Virus record (IMG/VR): IMGVR_UViG_3300016471_000446
Span: 1-25,175 of that record
Length of the DNA: 25,175 bases
Origin: a virus
Lineage: Duplodnaviria > Caudoviricetes
Strand: one strand, 5' to 3'
Shown: one piece after another, positions 8,765 to 15,501 of the stretch
Layout of the letters: the number at the start of each line of letters is the position of its first letter
Position numbering within the stretch: position 1 is the stretch's first letter
Made by a program: the position numbers and the translations under genes
Notes under the pieces: model-generated
The model's database searches: none
Seen by the model: only the letters and a program-made list of their open reading frames with translations
Told to the model about the DNA's origin: nothing

Positions 8765-9310
8765 GTGGAGCTGCGTGACTTGATTCGGATCTACCCCGGC
8801 ACCCTCTCGCCGGATGCGTGCCAGCAGCTGATCGACGGCTTCGAGGCCCGGTCGGATCGGCACGTCATCCACCAGGGCGACGGCCCCCGCTTCGCTGAGC
8901 TAAACCTGACGCAGGAGTGGCTGGACGGCCATGCCATGGCCTTTGGCGCCATCCTCCCCCAGTTCGAGGCCTACTCGAGGGAGCTGCAGATCGGCCCGCA
9001 GCAGTGGCCCGCTGAGCTGGCGTTCGAGGAGCTGCGGCTGAAGCGCTACCGGCCTGGTGGTGATGACCGGTTCGATGAGCACGTCGACGTCCAGGACCAC
9101 GCGAGCGCGCGGCGGTTCCTTGCCGCACTGCTCTACCTCAACGACGTCCAGGACGGGGGCGAGACCGACTTCCCGCTGTGGCGACAGGCGATCCGACCGA
9201 GCGCCGGTAGCCTGGTGGTGTTCCCCCCGCTCTGGCCCTGGCTGCATGCCGGCCGGCCCCCGCTCAGTGGTCCGAAGTGGATCCTGAGCACCTACCTCCA
9301 CTACACCTGA
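8765..9310 (+). CDS. 2OG-Fe(II) oxygenase (prolyl-4-hydroxylase-like)
   Basis: HVD (HxD), LLYLNDV-x-DGGETDF, distal HAG and KWILSTY. GTG at 8765, just after the upstream stop, is preferred to the ORF-track start at 8603. Confidence 0.9.
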   Translation: MELRDLIRIYPGTLSPDACQQLIDGFEARSDRHVIHQGDGPRFAELNLTQEWLDGHAMAFGAILPQFEAYSRELQIGPQQWPAELAFEELRLKRYRPGGDDRFDEHVDVQDHASARRFLAALLYLNDVQDGGETDFPLWRQAIRPSAGSLVVFPPLWPWLHAGRPPLSGPKWILSTYLHYT

Positions 9311-9321
9311 GGATCATCACC

Positions 9322-9474
9322 ATGGAGCACTATCTCAAGCCCGAGTACATCGGCTTCGCCCTGTTCATCGTGTCCGAGATCATCGGCATGGCGAAGGTGC
9401 GTCCCAACAGCGTCACCCAGCTGGCTCTTCAGCTGCTCCGCCGGGCCTTCCCCTACCAGCCCGGCCGGTTCTGA
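9322..9474 (+). CDS. Small membrane protein, putative holin
   Basis: 50 aa, MEHYLKPEYIGFALFIVSEIIGMAKVRPNSVTQL..., coupled to the lysozyme gene by a TGATG overlap. Confidence 0.55.
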   Translation: MEHYLKPEYIGFALFIVSEIIGMAKVRPNSVTQLALQLLRRAFPYQPGRF

Positions 9475-9908
9475 TGGTTGATCGCAATGCGATGGTGCGG
9501 CAGCTGCGCCTCCATGAGGGGGAGCGGCTGCGGCCGTACCGCTGCACCGCTGGGAAGCTGACGATCGGCGTCGGCCGCAACCTGGAGGACCGCGGCATCA
9601 GCGCCGAGGAGTCGGCCATGCTGCTGTCAAACGACATCAGCCGAGAGGAGCGTGAGCTGCTGGCGGCGCTGCCGTGGGTGGCGAAGCTGTCGGAGGTGCG
9701 GCAGCGGGTGCTGCTCGACATGAGCTTCAACCTGGGCCTGCAGGGCCTGCTGGCGTTCAAGCGGACGCTGGCCGCGATCCAGGCGGGGCAGTACCAGCAG
9801 GCGGCGGGAATGATGCTCGAGTCGCTGTGGGCCCGGCAGGTGGGGCAGCGTGCGCAGCGGTTGAGCGAGATGATGGCGACAGGCCAGGTGCCGAAGGAGC
9901 TGGCCTGA
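9474..9908 (+). CDS. Endolysin, GH24 (T4-type) lysozyme
   Basis: LRLHEGERLRPYRCTAGKLTIGVGRNL (catalytic E...T), DMSFNLG, and SLWARQVGQRAQRL. Confidence 0.92.
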   Translation: MVDRNAMVRQLRLHEGERLRPYRCTAGKLTIGVGRNLEDRGISAEESAMLLSNDISREERELLAALPWVAKLSEVRQRVLLDMSFNLGLQGLLAFKRTLAAIQAGQYQQAAGMMLESLWARQVGQRAQRLSEMMATGQVPKELA

Positions 9909-9914
9909 TCGCGG

Positions 9915-10106
9915 TCAGGCCGCCAGCATCCGCCGGACGGTGGTGCGGCTGACGCCGAGGCGGTCAGCAATGGCCTGCTGGGTCATGCCAGCGCGGCGCC
10001 ACCGGCGGGCCCGCTGCTCGCGTGACTCGGTCAACAGGTAGATCACCAGCAGCGGGATGGTGAGGATGGCCAGGAGAGTGGCCAGGAGGCAGGTGAGGGT
10101 GGTCAT
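9915..10106 (-). CDS. Small HTH protein with an N-terminal transmembrane helix
   Basis: About 25 hydrophobic residues, then GMTQQAIADRLGVSRTTVRR (canonical HTH). Confidence 0.8.
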   Translation of the reverse strand: MTTLTCLLATLLAILTIPLLVIYLLTESREQRARRWRRAGMTQQAIADRLGVSRTTVRRMLAA

Positions 10107-10156
10107 TGTGTGGAGTGCGGTGGGGTCGGCGGCGCGCTCGGCCTGCCGATTGGCCC

Positions 10157-10210
10157 AAGGTAGAGCCGCGGCATGGCGCCGCGCCGGTGCATGTCACAAC
10201 TCGTTACACG
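10157..10210 (-). promoter_or_regulatory. HLR1-like box plus -10 (TACCTT) upstream of the TM-HTH gene
   Basis: Box TGTCACAACTCGTTACA at 10192-10208; 29-nt spacer; TACCTT at 10162-10157 on the - strand. Confidence 0.6.
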
Positions 10211-10221
10211 AGCGGCGATGG

Positions 10222-10372
10222 AATCGTTGGGGTCAGGTGACGCCCGACCCCCGAGGCGACCAGCCCTTGTCGCTGGTGGGAGGATCCGGCCCCTGCATCC
10301 GGCTTGTGGGTGGTGGCTGACCCTTGTCGTCAGCGGGAGGATCCGGGCCTCAGCTATCCGGCTTCTGGGCTG
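10222..10372 (-). ncRNA. Candidate structured ncRNA: two tandem ~57-nt units plus a terminal hairpin
   Basis: Hairpins accagc-CCTTGTC-gctggt and gctgac-CCTTGTC-gtcagc share the loop but have different, fully paired stems. Each is followed by gggaggatccgg...atccggctt. A further hairpin ggggtc...gacccc lies at ~10229-10251, and a -10 box is just upstream on the - strand. Confidence 0.55.
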
Positions 10373-10377
10373 CGCAG

Positions 10378-10431
10378 AACATAGCGCCGGTGGATCACAC
10401 CCAGTGGGTGGCTGTTGCAATCCGTCACACA
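10378..10431 (-). promoter_or_regulatory. HLR1-like box plus -10 (TATGTT) upstream of the candidate ncRNA
   Basis: Box TGTTGCAATCCGTCACA at 10413-10429; 29-nt spacer; TATGTT at 10383-10378 on the - strand. Confidence 0.6.
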
Positions 10432-10437
10432 CCCACT

Positions 10438-10617
10438 TCACCCACGACGCACCCCCCGCCGCACGGCGCGATGGATGCGAACGGTGGCAGTTACCGGCCA
10501 GATGGCGCCGGCCAGGCTGGCGCGGGCCCATTCGGCTAGTTCGTTGATGTGGTCCATGCGGACACAGGCGACGGTCGTGATGACCATGGCCCAGACGTAG
10601 ATCTCAATCAAGAACAT
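10438..10617 (-). CDS. Small hypothetical membrane protein (59 aa)
   Basis: MFLIEIYVWAMVITTVACVRMD...LAGAIWPV... is the C-terminal part of the 10438-11124 ORF, with a plausible ATG at 10617. Confidence 0.55.
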   Translation of the reverse strand: MFLIEIYVWAMVITTVACVRMDHINELAEWARASLAGAIWPVTATVRIHRAVRRGVRRG

Positions 10618-10666
10618 GTTAAGAATGCAATGGAAGGCCCGGATAGGCTCCGGGCGGGCCATGGGC

Positions 10667-10768
10667 TCAGATGACTCTGAAGTCGGCGGCGGTGGTGCTG
10701 TTCCGAGTCCACTGCAGCGTGCAGAGAATCTGAGCGTTAGCGCCGCGGGTGCCAGTGAAAGAAGCCAT
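10667..10768 (-). CDS. Possible 33-aa peptide
   Basis: MASFTGTRGANAQILCTLQWTRNSTTAADFRVI* is the first ATG ORF downstream of the 10844 promoter. Confidence 0.3.
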   Translation of the reverse strand: MASFTGTRGANAQILCTLQWTRNSTTAADFRVI

Positions 10769-10809
10769 GATGTCCAATGGTGAAGGGCGGCCAGGTCGGC
10801 CGTGGCCCC

Positions 10810-10878
10810 ATCATCGCGCCACCACCCACCACCACCATCAACCTGTCGCAATCCTTCACACTCAGCCCGCCCTAGACT
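10810..10878. promoter_or_regulatory. Divergent promoter region with an HLR1-like box
   Basis: Box TGTCGCAATCCTTCACA at 10844-10860; GATGAT 28 nt away on the - strand (10815-10810); TAGACT at 10873-10878 on the + strand. Confidence 0.55.
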
Positions 10879-10902
10879 GGCCCATCTCTTGACGCACTCT
10901 CC

Positions 10903-11163
10903 ATGGGTTGGATCGACTGCGCTCTTCCCCTCCACCGGCAGCTCGATGTCGAGCAGGAGGTTCGCACCATCCTCGCCTGCAACGACCTCGAGGCCGTTCG
11001 CAACCTCGCCGCCTTCCTCCTCCGCTACGCCGCACTCCAGACTCACACCTCTGCTCAGCTGGTGAAGCAGCTCGCTGCCGCTGAACACCAGAACGGCCCA
11101 CAGCCGCCGACCGATGAGCACCACCGCTGGGCGCAGGAACTGATGGCAGAACTGCGACCATGA
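10903..11163 (+). CDS. Small helical protein, possibly NblA-like (phycobilisome degradation adaptor)
   Basis: 86 aa; LPLHRQLDVEQEVR...DLEAVRNLAAFLLRYAALQTHTSAQLVK resembles the NblA two-helix pattern by eye. It is the only convincing + strand gene in the - strand arm. The ORF is likely real; the function is tentative. Confidence 0.4.
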   Translation: MGWIDCALPLHRQLDVEQEVRTILACNDLEAVRNLAAFLLRYAALQTHTSAQLVKQLAAAEHQNGPQPPTDEHHRWAQELMAELRP

Positions 11164-11191
11164 AAAAACCGCCGGTGTCTTACGCCGGCGG
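11163..11191 (-). terminator. Rho-independent terminator
   Basis: The - strand reads ccgccggcg-taaga-caccggcgg-tttttt, located between convergent genes. Confidence 0.85.
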
Positions 11192-11217
11192 CTCGGTCCC
11201 TTGCACCTCTTCCTGCG

Positions 11218-11328
11218 TCAGCGTAGCAGGGCCTCAACCGACCGCGCGCGCTGCACGGTCGGGCCATGGTCATAGATCACGGTGGCAATCACCAGGACAG
11301 GGATCAGGAAGGTCAGGAAGCGGATCAT
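11218..11328 (-). CDS. 36-aa membrane peptide
   Basis: MIRFLTFLIPVLVIATVIYDHGP...; ATGA overlap with the upstream gene; ends just before the terminator. Confidence 0.55.
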   Translation of the reverse strand: MIRFLTFLIPVLVIATVIYDHGPTVQRARSVEALLR

Positions 11329-11519
11329 GGGTAGATGGCACGGATGAGTTCGGCGGTTTCGCTGCTGCCGCCAAAGCGCTGGTACAGCCAGGTGGCCAGC
11401 TCGTCGCAGACGGCACGTGCTTCGCGCCTGCACAGCTTGCAGGGTGTTGAGCATTGGATGCACCCACCAAATGGGCACAGCCTGAGGGCCAGGCGCTCGG
11501 AGATCGGACGGTCAGTCAT
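11325..11519 (-). CDS. Cys-rich hypothetical protein (64 aa)
   Basis: CPFGGCIQCSTPCKLC cluster; overlaps both neighbouring genes. Confidence 0.7.
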   Translation of the reverse strand: MTDRPISERLALRLCPFGGCIQCSTPCKLCRREARAVCDELATWLYQRFGGSSETAELIRAIYP

Positions 11520-11757
11520 AGATCAGCTCCGCTCCGGTGTCGTGGGACCAGCAGAGTGCATCGGTGAGGACGTCGTCTGTTGTAACTGTGGAGCCCAGCT
11601 CGCCCCTGCTGGTGCTGTCCAGCAGGTAGAAGCCGTTGCCGCTGAGGCCGAGGATGAGGCCGGTGCCTGTTTCGATGTCAGCGCTTTTGCTGAGGGCGAT
11701 CTCATCGCCAGGGTTTGCGGTGTCGAGGAAATGCTCGACTCGTTGTTGAAGGGTCAT
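11512..11757 (-). CDS. Hypothetical protein (81 aa)
   Basis: MTLQQRVEHFLD...; ATG downstream of the 11834 promoter. Confidence 0.6.
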   Translation of the reverse strand: MTLQQRVEHFLDTANPGDEIALSKSADIETGTGLILGLSGNGFYLLDSTSRGELGSTVTTDDVLTDALCWSHDTGAELIYD

Positions 11758-11799
11758 CGGAGAAGGGGTGGGGTGGGGGCCCGGGTGGGCCGTGGACAC

Positions 11800-11852
11800 A
11801 TCATCACCGCCGCCGCCCCTCACGGCTCCGACCTGTCACAATCCTTCATCAT
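11800..11852 (-). promoter_or_regulatory. HLR1-like box plus -10-like GATGAT
   Basis: acc-TGTCACAATCCTTCATC with the box at 11834-11850, near-identical to the 10844 box; GATGAT at 11805-11800 after a 28-nt spacer. Confidence 0.55.
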
Positions 11853-12006
11853 CCGATGGCAGGTGGAGCTCCGCCTGCCATCGGTCCTCGCACCACCGGC
11901 ATCGCTCCCCCACGCACGCGCGGTAGGCCAGCTGCCCATCAGGCAGCTGCAGCAGCTCGATGCTGCCGCCGTCCTCTCGGTCGATCCGGTACGCCGTCGT
12001 GGTCAT
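11836..12006 (-). CDS. Hypothetical protein (56 aa)
   Basis: MTTTAYRIDREDGGSIELL...YRACVGERCRWCEDRWQAE; ATGA overlap with dcd. Confidence 0.65.
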   Translation of the reverse strand: MTTTAYRIDREDGGSIELLQLPDGQLAYRACVGERCRWCEDRWQAELHLPSDDEGL

Positions 12007-12521
12007 CCCTTGCTTCCCTGCACGCCGCCATCGCCGTTGTACCGGCCGGTCTCGGCATAGCTGCGGTCTGGTTCCGCCGCCAGCTGCATGAACACCATCT
12101 GGCCGATCTTCATTCCAGGCCACAGGCTGATCGGATGGAGCTGTCGGATGTTCCTCAACTCCAGCGTCAGCCGGCTGCCGTGCCACCCGGGGTCGCACCA
12201 GCCGGCCAGCAGGTGTTGCAGGCCCTCTCGTGCCCTGGAGCTCTTCAGCACAAACTTCGCCGCCACCCAGTTCGGCAGCGCGAACGTCTCCTGCGTGCTC
12301 GCCAGAACAAACTGCCCCGGCTGCAGCAGGTACGGCCGCTCCTGGCTGTGGCCCCCCAGGGGGTAGGGGGCCATCTCCAAGGTTCCGGCCCGCTCGATCA
12401 GCAGGTCATCGCCCAGCAGCAGGTCATAGCTCGCTGGGTTCAGCTGCTCCCTCCGAAACGGGCTGATCATCCCCCGCTCCGCTGCTGCTGCGATCATCCA
12501 GTCCGGCAACACTGCTCCCAT
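12003..12521 (-). CDS. dcd: dCTP deaminase
   Basis: QLNPASYDL, LQPGQFVLASTQE, LKSSRAREG, AGWCDPGWHG, LTLEL, GMKIGQMVF and Y...GRY. The start at 12521 (MGAVLPDW) fits the family length. Confidence 0.9.
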   Translation of the reverse strand: MGAVLPDWMIAAAAERGMISPFRREQLNPASYDLLLGDDLLIERAGTLEMAPYPLGGHSQERPYLLQPGQFVLASTQETFALPNWVAAKFVLKSSRAREGLQHLLAGWCDPGWHGSRLTLELRNIRQLHPISLWPGMKIGQMVFMQLAAEPDRSYAETGRYNGDGGVQGSKG

Positions 12522-12663
12522 CGTTCTCCGTGGTGGTGGTGGTGGTGTGGGTCGCCCACAGCCCGGTGTAGAGGCTGTGAAGCGGATGGGACGGGTCATG
12601 CCGTCCGTCGATCTCATAGAGGTGCTCCAGCCTGTCCTGGCGCTCCTGGTCGTCGTGTCTCAT
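12424..12663 (-). CDS. Hypothetical protein (DGR..P.HP.H..YTGL type)
   Basis: MRHDDQERQDRLEHLYEIDGRHDPSHPLHSLYTGLW; ATGA-coupled to the upstream gene. The tail overlaps dcd by 98 nt. Confidence 0.6.
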   Translation of the reverse strand: MRHDDQERQDRLEHLYEIDGRHDPSHPLHSLYTGLWATHTTTTTTENDGSSVAGLDDRSSSGAGDDQPVSEGAAEPSEL

Positions 12664-12869
12664 GCGGCCTCGATCCTGCAGCTCCAGCCGTGAACAGCCC
12701 GCAGGATCAGCTGGCGGTTGAGGGCCACGTCAATCGACTCCGCCAGCCAGGCTCGGTCGCGATCGGTTCCCCACTCCAGACCCTCGATCCATGGCGAGGT
12801 CTCATCCTGCCGCGCTGGCAAGGGGGCGCAAAGCCAGCAGGCTCCGCGGCGCAGAACGAACTTCCTCAT
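12660..12869 (-). CDS. Hypothetical protein (69 aa)
   Basis: MRKFVLRRGACWL...; ATGA overlaps at both ends. Confidence 0.65.
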   Translation of the reverse strand: MRKFVLRRGACWLCAPLPARQDETSPWIEGLEWGTDRDRAWLAESIDVALNRQLILRAVHGWSCRIEAA

Positions 12870-13069
12870 CGCCACCTCATGATCAGCTTCGTGCTCAGGT
12901 GGATCCGCGGCATGGCATAGCGGTCGCCGTTCTCGGCTTCGACTTAGTAGTACGGGAAGCCGCCATGAGCCGCCGGCAGTTCACGGATGACCTTGAACTC
13001 CACGTCCTCGGGCCAGTTGTAGGAGAAGACCTTCTGGCCGACGGTGATCGGGATGGTGCGGCGTGCCAT
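12866..13069 (-). pseudogene. 67-codon gene interrupted by an in-frame TAA
   Basis: MARRTIPITVGQKVFSYNWPEDVEFKVIRELPAAHGGFPYY*VEAENGDRYAMPRIHLSTKLIMRWR*. The TAA is at 12946-12944, and the distal TGA overlaps the next ATG. Confidence 0.65.
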
Positions 13070-13341
13070 CACTCGTCCTCTCCTTCGAGGCGATTGCAGA
13101 CGAGCATGGGCTAACCGGCGATGTCGCGCCAGCTGTCGGCATAGTTGGGGTCGCCATTGATAATCCGGCCGATCTTGTGGCAGATCATGTCGAGGGCTTC
13201 ATGTTGATCAGGAGCCAGGAATTGGCCACTGGGCATGCTGGTGGCAATCACCTGCTTTAGGGTCTGGCTGAGTTCAGCGTGGGTGGTGAACCTGCCATAA
13301 CGCTGGCCGCGCTCGGCGAGGGTTTCGTTGATGTCAGTCAT
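13069..13341 (-). pseudogene. DUF6378-like protein with a premature TAG in the DIAGY motif
   Basis: TLAERGQRYG...EALDMICHKIGRIINGDPNYADSWRDIAG*PMLVCNRLEGEDE*. The TAG is at 13113-13111, and the distal TGA overlaps the next ATG (TGATG). Confidence 0.75.
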
Positions 13342-13431
13342 AGTGGCGAAGGGTGGATTGCAAAGGAACATGCCTGACCCACAAGAAGGGTCATAGATCT
13401 GCAGATTAGGCGGTGAATACCAGGTAGTCAC
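13342..13431 (-). other. 30-codon methyltransferase-motif remnant in frame with DUF6378
   Basis: VTTWYSPPNLQIYDPSCGSGMFLCNPPFAT; its GTG overlaps the methyltransferase stop (GTGA). Confidence 0.6.
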
Positions 13432-14816
13432 AACTGGGCCGGCAGGACCTGCCCTTTGATCTTGGCGTAGCGGCGGTTCAATGCCGCCCAATCGTCACGA
13501 TTCTTAAAGCGGAAATGCACGGTGCCCTTCTTGTGCGCCTTGAACTCGAAGAACCCCCAGTCGTACCACTCAGCAGGCACCAGCGGTTGCGGGGCCTTGG
13601 GCTGGCCCATCTCCTCGTACCGCTTGCCAGTGATGAAGCACAGCGCCTTGATCAGGTCCTGGATCTCATCGGCCTGCTTGCCATAGGTCTGCACTCGCAC
13701 CCCACGACCATCCCAGCTCAGCTCCGCCAAGTACGCGCGGATGAACCTCTGGTTGATCATGTAGCCGCTGTTCGTCACCCAGCCCTCAACCCCGTAGCGG
13801 TTCTCCTTCGTGTGCATGGTCAGGTTGTCGATGGCCTGCTCCACCGCACGATCAACGCGCTGCTCCTGCGTGCCGGCGACGATCTGCAGCATCCGCCACA
13901 GGTTCCGCTCGGTGAACGGGATCTTGGACTGCTCCTCAACGAAGGCGTTGATGTCCTTGGCCAGCTGGCTGGTGGCCATCTGTACCGGCAGGAACTCGGC
14001 GCACACGTGCTTCCATGCCGCCTTCTGCAGATTCTTCCGGAACCGGTTGCGGGTGACCGCTGCACCATCGACGGTGACCTGCAGGCCCAGGTCTTGGCCG
14101 AAAAACCCGTCGAGCACGGTGCGCAGCCTGGTGCCGGCCTCCACCTGTTCATCGAAGATCCGGCAGGCCTCGACGTAGCGGTTGACGATGTCGCGGCTGC
14201 GGCGGTAGGGGATGATGCCCTCCCCCTGGGCCTCGATGTCGTCGGGGCCCAGGTAGAAGCCGTCGAACTCTCCGGAATCTCCGGATCGTTGCCCCGGCTT
14301 GCGCAGCCGCACCAGGCCGACGCTGACCCGAGTCGGGCGTTCGGCAGTGCTGAAGCACTCGCCCAAATCTTCGAGGCTGCCGTAGGCCTCGATCAGCTTG
14401 GCCAGCTGCAGCTGCAGGCCTCGGAACTGACCCGAGACGGTGTTCCAGTTCGCCAGGGCCACGATCTCGCAGCCTGGCGGGGCGATCTCCCAGGCGTGGA
14501 GGATGTGGGCCTCATCCGCCGAGAACGGCGGGTTCATCACGATGAGGTCGATGTGGCTGACGGCCTCGGGCTGCACCTGCATGAAGTCCGGGCAACGGTG
14601 AGACGGCACCGCGCCTCTGATGCTGGTGAGAATGTCCCGCAGGTGGGGCTCCTTCTCGCACCACAGCACCTCCGCTGCGCCGCGGTCCAGGCACTCGCGC
14701 ACCAGGTTTCCGCTGCCGGCGCTGGGCTCCAGCACCGTCTTGCCCCGCAGGTCGAGCGGGTCGAGCATCTCGGCCGCCACCTCCGGCGGGGTGGGGTAGA
14801 AGTCGGGGTTGAACAT
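13428..14816 (-). CDS. DNA N6-adenine methyltransferase with a DUF4942-like C-terminal domain
   Basis: DFYPTP (motif X), VLEPSAGSGNL (motif I), IVMNPPF (motif IV) and C-terminal FEFKAHKKGTVHFRF. Start MFNPDF at 14816. Confidence 0.88.
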   Translation of the reverse strand: MFNPDFYPTPPEVAAEMLDPLDLRGKTVLEPSAGSGNLVRECLDRGAAEVLWCEKEPHLRDILTSIRGAVPSHRCPDFMQVQPEAVSHIDLIVMNPPFSADEAHILHAWEIAPPGCEIVALANWNTVSGQFRGLQLQLAKLIEAYGSLEDLGECFSTAERPTRVSVGLVRLRKPGQRSGDSGEFDGFYLGPDDIEAQGEGIIPYRRSRDIVNRYVEACRIFDEQVEAGTRLRTVLDGFFGQDLGLQVTVDGAAVTRNRFRKNLQKAAWKHVCAEFLPVQMATSQLAKDINAFVEEQSKIPFTERNLWRMLQIVAGTQEQRVDRAVEQAIDNLTMHTKENRYGVEGWVTNSGYMINQRFIRAYLAELSWDGRGVRVQTYGKQADEIQDLIKALCFITGKRYEEMGQPKAPQPLVPAEWYDWGFFEFKAHKKGTVHFRFKNRDDWAALNRRYAKIKGQVLPAQL

Positions 14817-15220
14817 CAGTCCGCCCCCGCCTCGATCACCGCACCCCGGCGCACCCGCGGGACGCTGGGCTTCCGGGGTGGCTCGGTTTTCATCTCCGCC
14901 ACCACCTGGCTCCATGCCTCCAGGCGGTCAGGAGCCATGGCCTCGCCAGACTGCAACCCGGCAAACTCCGCATCCCAGGCCTTGGCAAAGCCCACGGCGC
15001 GGTCCAAGCTGCCCATGCAGCAGCCCATGGACAGGCCTGTGGCAATGTGAGTCAGCCGCCAGTAGCCCTGGACCTGGCCGAAGCTCACTTCGCCATTGTC
15101 TGGATCAACGTGCAGCGGCTTGTGAATGGCGATGCCTTTGCCGGCCCAGTGCGGCTTGATGTTGATCACCCGCTCACCGTGGTCGCGGGTCATCATGCGG
15201 ATCGGAATGGTGCGGGTCAT
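14816..15220 (-). CDS. Hypothetical protein (134 aa)
   Basis: Coupled at both ends; contains WRLTHIATGL. Confidence 0.7.
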   Translation of the reverse strand: MTRTIPIRMMTRDHGERVINIKPHWAGKGIAIHKPLHVDPDNGEVSFGQVQGYWRLTHIATGLSMGCCMGSLDRAVGFAKAWDAEFAGLQSGEAMAPDRLEAWSQVVAEMKTEPPRKPSVPRVRRGAVIEAGAD

Positions 15221-15501
15221 GGCTGCACCCCGCGCATGTGGTCCTCAACCTTCCGGATCAGCCACTGCGGCACGGTCGGCGACTTCGGCACCCAGCGCCT
15301 GTGGTTCCAGACGCCTGCGCGAGTCACGGCAGCGGGATCGCGCGGCAGCCACTCGGCGATCTGATCCACGAGCTTGCGCTTGCTGGTGCGGCGCAGGAAC
15401 CGCACCAGCCTGGGGTTGCCGCTCATCAGCGGATCCTGCATGACGATCCACTCAGGGCCGCCAGAAGGATGTGGCTCGGAGCGGTAGATGATGCTGGCCA
15501 T
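15217..15501 (-). CDS. Hypothetical protein (94 aa)
   Basis: MASIIYRSEPHPSGGPEW...; start and stop overlap the neighbours. Confidence 0.7.
   Translation of the reverse strand: MASIIYRSEPHPSGGPEWIVMQDPLMSGNPRLVRFLRRTSKRKLVDQIAEWLPRDPAAVTRAGVWNHRRWVPKSPTVPQWLIRKVEDHMRGVQP

Noticed and set aside
10192-10208. Boxes as NtcA (GTA-N8-TAC) or CRP (TGTGA-N6-TCACA) sites
   Set aside because: Half-site spacing and the distance to the -10 hexamer do not match either consensus.
10222-10260. ATCGTTGG start resembling the glnA glutamine riboswitch
   Set aside because: The downstream conserved GGAAGUAA and GAAGCAACG segments are absent and no + strand gene follows.
10259-10370. Tandem repeats as a CRISPR mini-array
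   Set aside because: There are only two units, the variable parts are paired stems rather than 30-40 nt spacers, and no cas genes are present.
12530-12548. (GGT)n tract as a phase-variable switch before dcd
   Set aside because: A trinucleotide unit does not shift frame, and similar ACC-rich leaders precede other genes here.
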